A stretch of DNA of 63,463 nucleotides, filler included. It is 5 parts of 5 records of this genome, joined end to end, with 100 filler letters (N's around TTAATTAATTAA, not from the genome) between each part and the next. Parts side by side here need not be neighbours in the genome. Positions count along the whole stretch, not along the records: positions 53,217 to 63,463 come from SRR20825006_1741; 4 more parts are not named here. One strand, given 5' to 3'. The notes under the pieces are model-generated. The model worked only from the letters and a program-made list of their open reading frames with translations. It was not told the origin of the DNA and did not search any database. How positions within the stretch are numbered: the stretch's first letter is position 1; each line of letters begins with the position of its first letter. The position numbers and the translations under genes are program-made. Shown one piece after another: positions 57,965-63,463 of the stretch.

Positions 57965-58174
57965 TAATTATATTTTTTATAACGTTTAAAAACTAATAAT
58001 TCCTTAAATTAACGAAAATCTTATTTGTTAACCAATATTCTAATCATAAATGAAAGTAAATAAATTATGTCATTTTGATTATCATAATTCAAGGGCTTAT
58101 TTTATATTATTTTCATAAAAAGGATATTAAAAAACAATCAACTTAAAAAAAAAGAAAAAACAGCAACCAAAATT

Positions 58175-60388
58175 ATGAGCAAAACAATTATTGTTTCCAA
58201 CCGACTACCACTTCAAATAAAATTAAATAATGATGAACTTGAAATAACCCCTAGTGTTGGTGGGCTTGCCACTGGAATGAAATCTGTGCATAAGGATGAT
58301 GGTGGTTTATGGATTGGGTGGTCTGGACTTACTGAGGAAGAGTTAAACGAATCTCTTGAGAAAAAAGTTGATAAAGCAGTAGCTAAAGAAAATTGTGCTT
58401 CGGTTAATTTATCTCAAAATGATATTGACAACTATTATTTTGGGTTTAGCAACAGAACTCTTTGGCCTCTTTTTCATTATTTTATGGAATATACCGAGTT
58501 TGAAAAAGACTTTTGGGAGTCTTACAAAAGGGTAAATCAGAAATTTGCAGATGTTGTTATTGAAAATTTAGAGGATGGAGATAAGGTTTGGGTGCACGAT
58601 TACCAACTATTATTACTCCCCCAACTTATAAAAGACAAAAGACCTGATGTTTCTATTGGTTTCTTTTTACATATTCCATTTCCTTCTTATGAAATTTTTA
58701 GGACTTTCCCTTGGCGAGAAGAATTGTTAACTGGAATGCTGGGATCGGATTTAATTGGATTCCATACGTATGATTATGAAAGACATTTTTTAAGTTCGAT
58801 AAAAAGAATTTTAAGACTTGATGTAAAATTCAATGAAATTATTTATCATGATAGAATTGTAAAAGTAGACTCTTTCCCAATGGGAATTGATTATAAAAAA
58901 TTTCATGAAGCTGCTATCAACCACACCGAATTAAACACTAACGATAAATCTGAACTACAGCAACGTTTAGACGACCATATACAAGCTTCTGAAGACACTA
59001 AATTAATACTTTCCATAGATAGATTAGACTACACCAAAGGAATCCCAAATAGAATTCGGGCATTTGAGTATTTTCTGAATAAATATCCAGAGTTCAAAGA
59101 AAAAGTTCGACTTATAATGCTCTCTGTACCTTCAAGATCTAATGTGCCACAATATCAATTATTAAAAAAGGAAACCGATGAATTGGTGGGGAGAATAAAT
59201 GGGCAGTTTGCAACCGTAAGTTGGACTCCAGTTTGGTATTTCTATCGCTCTATGCCTTTTGATAATTTGATAGATTTATACACCTCTTCAGATGTAGCCT
59301 TAATTACTCCTGTTCGAGATGGAATGAATTTGGTAGCTAAAGAATACGTAGCCACCAGAACCAAAAAAGATGGGGTTTTAATTTTAAGTGAGATGGCTGG
59401 TGCTTCCAAAGAAATGAATGAAGCCTTGATGATTAATCCTAATAATTTTGAGCAAATTGCAGATGCTATAAAACAAGCGCTTGAAATGCCAATTGAGGAA
59501 CAAATATCTCGAAATACCATCTTGCAAAAAAGATTAGAGCGTTATAGTGTTGAAAAATGGGCTCATGAATTTATGAAATCTCTAGACGCCACTAAAAATT
59601 TAGGGCAAGTTATAGTTTCTGAAAAACTAAATGATAAACTTGTTGAACGCATGCTTAGCGATTATAAAAAGGCTAAAAGCAAACTAATTTTATTAGATTA
59701 TGATGGAACGCTAGCTGGATTTCAAGACAATCCGCAAAATGCGAGTCCAGATGCAGCGCTTATAAAATTACTAGATAGGCTAAACGAAATGCCAAATACC
59801 GATATGGTAATTATAAGTGGAAGAGATAAAGAAACTTTTGAAAAATGGTTTGGAGATAAAGACTACTCACTTATTACCGACCATGGAGTATGGCTAAGAA
59901 AACGTACCAAAGAATGGGAAGCACTTGAGCGTTTAAAAAACGATTGGATGGAAAACATCAGGCCTATTCTTGAGACTTTTGTGGATAGAACGCCTGGAAC
60001 ATTTATTGAAGAGAAAAAATATTCCCTTGCATGGCATTACCGTAAAGCAGATCCAGAATTAGCACAAATAAGAACTATCGAGCTCAATACAGTCTTAACC
60101 AGCCTTATTTCTAACAACGACCTTACCGTTCTAAAGGGCAATAAAGTAATTGAAATTAAAAGTAGTAGTGTTAATAAAGGACGTGCTGCTTCTAGATTAT
60201 TATCTACTAAAGATTATGACTTTATTTTTACAATTGGAGATGATTGGACAGATGAATATATGTTTGAAGAAGTACCAGAAGGTTCTTATACCGTAAAAGT
60301 AGGTTTCAAAAAAACAAAGGCTAAATATTACGTAAAAGACACAAAAGAAGTACGAACTCTAATTTCCAAAATAGCTGATTCACAATAA
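58175..60388 (+). CDS. otsAB: Bifunctional trehalose-6-phosphate synthase/phosphatase (OtsA-OtsB fusion)
   Basis: VSNRLP, VHDYQL, FLHIPFP, DRLDYTKG, DGMNLVAKE (GT20) plus HAD motifs DYDGTL and GDDWTDE. Confidence 0.95.
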   Translation: MSKTIIVSNRLPLQIKLNNDELEITPSVGGLATGMKSVHKDDGGLWIGWSGLTEEELNESLEKKVDKAVAKENCASVNLSQNDIDNYYFGFSNRTLWPLFHYFMEYTEFEKDFWESYKRVNQKFADVVIENLEDGDKVWVHDYQLLLLPQLIKDKRPDVSIGFFLHIPFPSYEIFRTFPWREELLTGMLGSDLIGFHTYDYERHFLSSIKRILRLDVKFNEIIYHDRIVKVDSFPMGIDYKKFHEAAINHTELNTNDKSELQQRLDDHIQASEDTKLILSIDRLDYTKGIPNRIRAFEYFLNKYPEFKEKVRLIMLSVPSRSNVPQYQLLKKETDELVGRINGQFATVSWTPVWYFYRSMPFDNLIDLYTSSDVALITPVRDGMNLVAKEYVATRTKKDGVLILSEMAGASKEMNEALMINPNNFEQIADAIKQALEMPIEEQISRNTILQKRLERYSVEKWAHEFMKSLDATKNLGQVIVSEKLNDKLVERMLSDYKKAKSKLILLDYDGTLAGFQDNPQNASPDAALIKLLDRLNEMPNTDMVIISGRDKETFEKWFGDKDYSLITDHGVWLRKRTKEWEALERLKNDWMENIRPILETFVDRTPGTFIEEKKYSLAWHYRKADPELAQIRTIELNTVLTSLISNNDLTVLKGNKVIEIKSSSVNKGRAASRLLSTKDYDFIFTIGDDWTDEYMFEEVPEGSYTVKVGFKKTKAKYYVKDTKEVRTLISKIADSQ

Positions 60389-60567
60389 AATAGTCATGCC
60401 AAATATCATTTTTGCATAAAAGTTTCACTTTTATCGATTTTTTAATGTGCATGATAGATTTTTATATCTATTTATAAAATTCTTTCGTAAAATTAGTACT
60501 CTAAACTAATACTAGCCAATCAAATAAATCATTTTTGTTTATTCTGATTGGCTTACTTATTGTAATT

Positions 60568-61890
60568 ATGAAAGCAATTTACATTTCCCTTTTTATGTTC
60601 ACACTTCATTTAGGGGCTCAAAACGCAACTGAAGTTTTTTTGTTTGATATGGATAAATCCTATCGATTAACAAATCCTATAAACCTCTCAAATAATCCAA
60701 CTGAGTACAATAACCAACCTTATTTTGTAAATAATAACAACATATTATATTCTTCAACAAGAAATAAACAAACAGATATAAAGCATGTAGATTTACAAAA
60801 AGAAACCCAAGAATGGATAACTAATACTCCTGGGAGCGAATTTTCTCCTCAAATGGGTTATCTCCCTAATATGTTTACCGCCATACGGTTAGATACAGAT
60901 GGTAAACAGTTATTATATAGTTATGATATAAAAAATGGAAATGCTACTGAGCTTATAAAAAACCTAAAAATTGGCTATTACACTTGGTTTGACAAAAATA
61001 CTATTGTAACCTATACCATTGGTAAAATAGCAGATAGTTCCAAGCTGGAAGTCCATGAATTAAATAACAAAACAACTTTTACATTAACTAAAAATATAGG
61101 TAGATGTATCCAAAAAATACCTAATACAAACCTCATTAGTTTTGTTGACAAAAAGAGTATTCCCAATAGCATCAAAACCTTTGATCTTAGCACCGGGCAA
61201 GTAAAACTTATTACAAGTATATTAGAAGGTTCTGAAGATTACACATGGACTCCAGACGGGAATATATTAATGGGAAAAGATGATATTTTATATTTGTTTG
61301 ATCCGTCAGATAAAAAAGGTTGGACTCCAATTGCCTCTTTAAAAAATTATAACCTTCATAAAATATCAAGATTAGCTATTAGTCCAAATGGAAAATCAAT
61401 CGCAATAGTAGCTGTAAAAAAATTGGCTAACTCTCCTAGAAAAACTAAAATGGGAATTATTGACATTGGAGTGGTTGTAAATAATTTAGAGAAATCGCTT
61501 ACATTTTACAAAGATATTTTAGGAATGACAGAAATGCGGAAGTTCTCTATTGACAAAAAGTTTGGAAAAGAATCAGGCTTAACAAATGGATTAAGCACAG
61601 AAGTTACGGTACTACAATTAGAAGACAATGATTATACTACAGCGTTTAAATTGATGAGTTTTGGAAAGCATAAAAATTGGCAACCTAACTATATCCAACA
61701 AGATTTAGGAGTTCAGTATATAACACTTAATGTAGATTCTGTCGACCCTTTTTTAAAGAGAATATATAAAAACAATGTGGAACTCTTAGGAAACACTCCT
61801 ATTACATTAAGTAATGGAAAAACATTTCTCTTGATTAAAGATTACGACGGTACTTTTATCGAAATTATCGGGAATTCCATTAATGATTAA
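60568..61890 (+). CDS. Exported TolB-like beta-propeller fused to a VOC/glyoxalase domain
   Basis: Signal peptide from ATG 60568; YNNQPYF, EFSP, WTPDG, AISPNG; C-terminal IDIGVVVNNLEKSLTFYKDILG...DYDGTFIEII. Confidence 0.78.
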   Translation: MKAIYISLFMFTLHLGAQNATEVFLFDMDKSYRLTNPINLSNNPTEYNNQPYFVNNNNILYSSTRNKQTDIKHVDLQKETQEWITNTPGSEFSPQMGYLPNMFTAIRLDTDGKQLLYSYDIKNGNATELIKNLKIGYYTWFDKNTIVTYTIGKIADSSKLEVHELNNKTTFTLTKNIGRCIQKIPNTNLISFVDKKSIPNSIKTFDLSTGQVKLITSILEGSEDYTWTPDGNILMGKDDILYLFDPSDKKGWTPIASLKNYNLHKISRLAISPNGKSIAIVAVKKLANSPRKTKMGIIDIGVVVNNLEKSLTFYKDILGMTEMRKFSIDKKFGKESGLTNGLSTEVTVLQLEDNDYTTAFKLMSFGKHKNWQPNYIQQDLGVQYITLNVDSVDPFLKRIYKNNVELLGNTPITLSNGKTFLLIKDYDGTFIEIIGNSIND

Positions 61891-62045
61891 CTCGTACAAA
61901 TGCCGCAAAATTTTATTTAATTTTAATATTCTCCAAGAAACCATACATTTTTTTATCTTTAGAAAGTCATTTTATTAAATGAATACACCTTATACAAGTG
62001 TTCAAATATTTTTAAGTCTCATTCTTAATTAGTTAAAAACTTTCT

Positions 62046-63380
62046 ATGAAAAAATTTTTATTCCTTCTTACCCTCACCACTTGCAGTATTTTAGCTGCGC
62101 AAACAGATTCTAGAATTTATGATATTATAAATAATGTTTCTGCGGAAAGAATTAAAACCGATGTAACAAAATTAGTCGGTTTTGGAACACGACACACCTT
62201 AAGTGATACCGTTTCTAAAACTCGCGGAATTGGAGCTGCAAGACGATGGATAAAAAGTGAATTTGAAACTATTTCTTCTGATTGTGATAATTGTTTAGAA
62301 GTTTTCTATCAGAAAAATTTAGTTAAAAAAGGCGAAAATAATAGAATTACTAAAGACGTTTGGGTAAATAATGTAGTCGCTATTCAAAAAGGAACCAAAT
62401 ATCCTAATCGCTATATTATTATGAGTGGCGATATTGATTCTCGTGTTTCTGACGCTAATAATTTCGAGTCAGATTCTCCAGGAGCAAATGATAATGCTAG
62501 CGGAATGGCAGGTACTATTGAAGCCTCTAGAGTTCTCTCCAAATACAAGTTTGAAAATAGTATAATCTATGTTGGACTTTCTGGAGAAGAGCAAGGACTA
62601 TTTGGAGGAAAAGGCTTGGCTGCATATGCTAAAGAAAAAGGATGGGAAATTATCGGGATTTTTAATAACGATATGATTGGAAACATAAAAGGCGTTGATG
62701 GAATTATTAGCAATACCGATTTTAGAATTTTTTCTGAACCTACTCCTCCAACAGAAACAGAACAACAAAGAACCCTTCGTAGGTTTTATGGGGGTGAAGT
62801 TGATGGAATCTCAAGACAACTGGCAAGATATGTACACGCAAATGTAAAAACATATATGCCAGAAATGAATCCTATGTTAATTTATCGTCTTGACCGTTTT
62901 GGTCGCGGAGGACACCATCGTCCATTTAACGATGCTGGATTTGCTGGAATCCGAATTATGGAAGCTCATGAAAATTACACACAACAACACCAAGATATTA
63001 GAACCGAAAATGGCATTGAATACGGAGATGTTCTCAAACACGTTAATTTTGAATATGCAGCAAAACTAACTGCAGTGAATGCTATTAATTTAGCGTCCAT
63101 TGCTTGGGCTCCACCAGCACCCAAAAAAGTTGCTATTGGTGGTATTGTAGAAGCCTCAGCTAAATTAGAATGGAATAAAATAGATGGCGCTAAAGGTTAT
63201 AAAATATATTGGAGAGATACAACTTCTCCTACATGGGATCATTCACGTTATGTAGAAAATACAACTTCTTTTACATTAGAAGGCGTTGTTATTGATAATT
63301 TCTTTTTTGGAGTAGCTGCTGTAGGAGAAAATGGAAATGAAAGTGTGGTAGTTTTTCCAAATGAAATTATTAAAAACTAA
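62046..63380 (+). CDS. Exported M28-family metallopeptidase with C-terminal FN3-like domain
   Basis: Signal peptide; SGDIDS, PGANDNASG, GEEQGL, NNDMIG; LEW...GYKIYWR FN3 pattern. Confidence 0.9.
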   Translation: MKKFLFLLTLTTCSILAAQTDSRIYDIINNVSAERIKTDVTKLVGFGTRHTLSDTVSKTRGIGAARRWIKSEFETISSDCDNCLEVFYQKNLVKKGENNRITKDVWVNNVVAIQKGTKYPNRYIIMSGDIDSRVSDANNFESDSPGANDNASGMAGTIEASRVLSKYKFENSIIYVGLSGEEQGLFGGKGLAAYAKEKGWEIIGIFNNDMIGNIKGVDGIISNTDFRIFSEPTPPTETEQQRTLRRFYGGEVDGISRQLARYVHANVKTYMPEMNPMLIYRLDRFGRGGHHRPFNDAGFAGIRIMEAHENYTQQHQDIRTENGIEYGDVLKHVNFEYAAKLTAVNAINLASIAWAPPAPKKVAIGGIVEASAKLEWNKIDGAKGYKIYWRDTTSPTWDHSRYVENTTSFTLEGVVIDNFFFGVAAVGENGNESVVVFPNEIIKN

Positions 63381-63433
63381 CTTTTGGAAGAAGCTACAAT
63401 CAATCTATTTATTTGATTTTCAATATAATAAAT

Positions 63434-63458
63434 TACCTCAAGGCAAGCCTACGAGGTA
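63434..63458. repeat. REP-like hairpin at the window end
   Basis: TACCTC-A-AGGC-AA-GCCT-AC-GAGGTA. Confidence 0.45.
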
Positions 63459-63463
63459 TTCAA

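Overview
The window is not one locus. It is five unrelated bacterial contigs joined by 100-bp N spacers that carry the six-frame stop linker TTAATTAATTAA (19177-19276, 27053-27152, 36082-36181, 53117-53216). Taxonomic labels below are inferences from gene content, protein style and base composition. (1) 1-19176, gammaproteobacterial: groEL 3' end; a minus-strand accessory block (small membrane protein, alternative oxidase, MscL with a Cys4 tail, CsaA, a C39-like peptidase-TPR lipoprotein and two tandem PA2779-like exported proteins); glnE-ilvE-yebC-ruvCAB-ybgC-tolQRAB-pal-cpoB-queE-queC; tRNA-Lys(UUU); tandem rrn-type promoters. (2) 19277-27052, GC-rich, Verrucomicrobia/Opitutales-like: LapA-family fragment, LpoB-like lipoprotein, glpK, a ~1130-aa SEL1/coiled-coil/LysM protein, a coiled-coil/LysM lipoprotein, an FKBP PPIase and a GTAG-type REP hairpin. 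(3) 27153-36081, Flavobacteriaceae-like sulfate-assimilation cluster (metZ-like, Rrf2, DUF2061, cysH, cysD, cysN, sulfite reductase with HEPN-like tail, cobA, SirC/Met8p, ferredoxin-NADP reductase) with a twice-repeated palindromic operator. (4) 36182-53116, Bacteroidota dcw cluster (mraZ to ftsA) with an extra stand-alone, degenerate MurD C-terminal-domain gene, then an EamA transporter, an AlkP-superfamily enzyme, a C2-like lipoprotein and the rplU start. (5) 53217-63463, AT-rich Flavobacteriaceae-like: PfkB kinase, class II aldolase, amidohydrolase, a nested inverted-repeat element, GH15 divergent from fused TPS/TPP, a beta-propeller-VOC fusion and an M28 peptidase. Strongest candidates for under-described systems: the C39-like peptidase with duplicated putative substrates and an intragenic terminator; the MurD-CTD pseudo-paralog; the Opitutales coiled-coil/LysM pair; and the Rrf2 operator with an Fe-S-free CysH. 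No CRISPR array, rRNA gene or transposase was seen. All family assignments are by eye from motifs; no database search was run.
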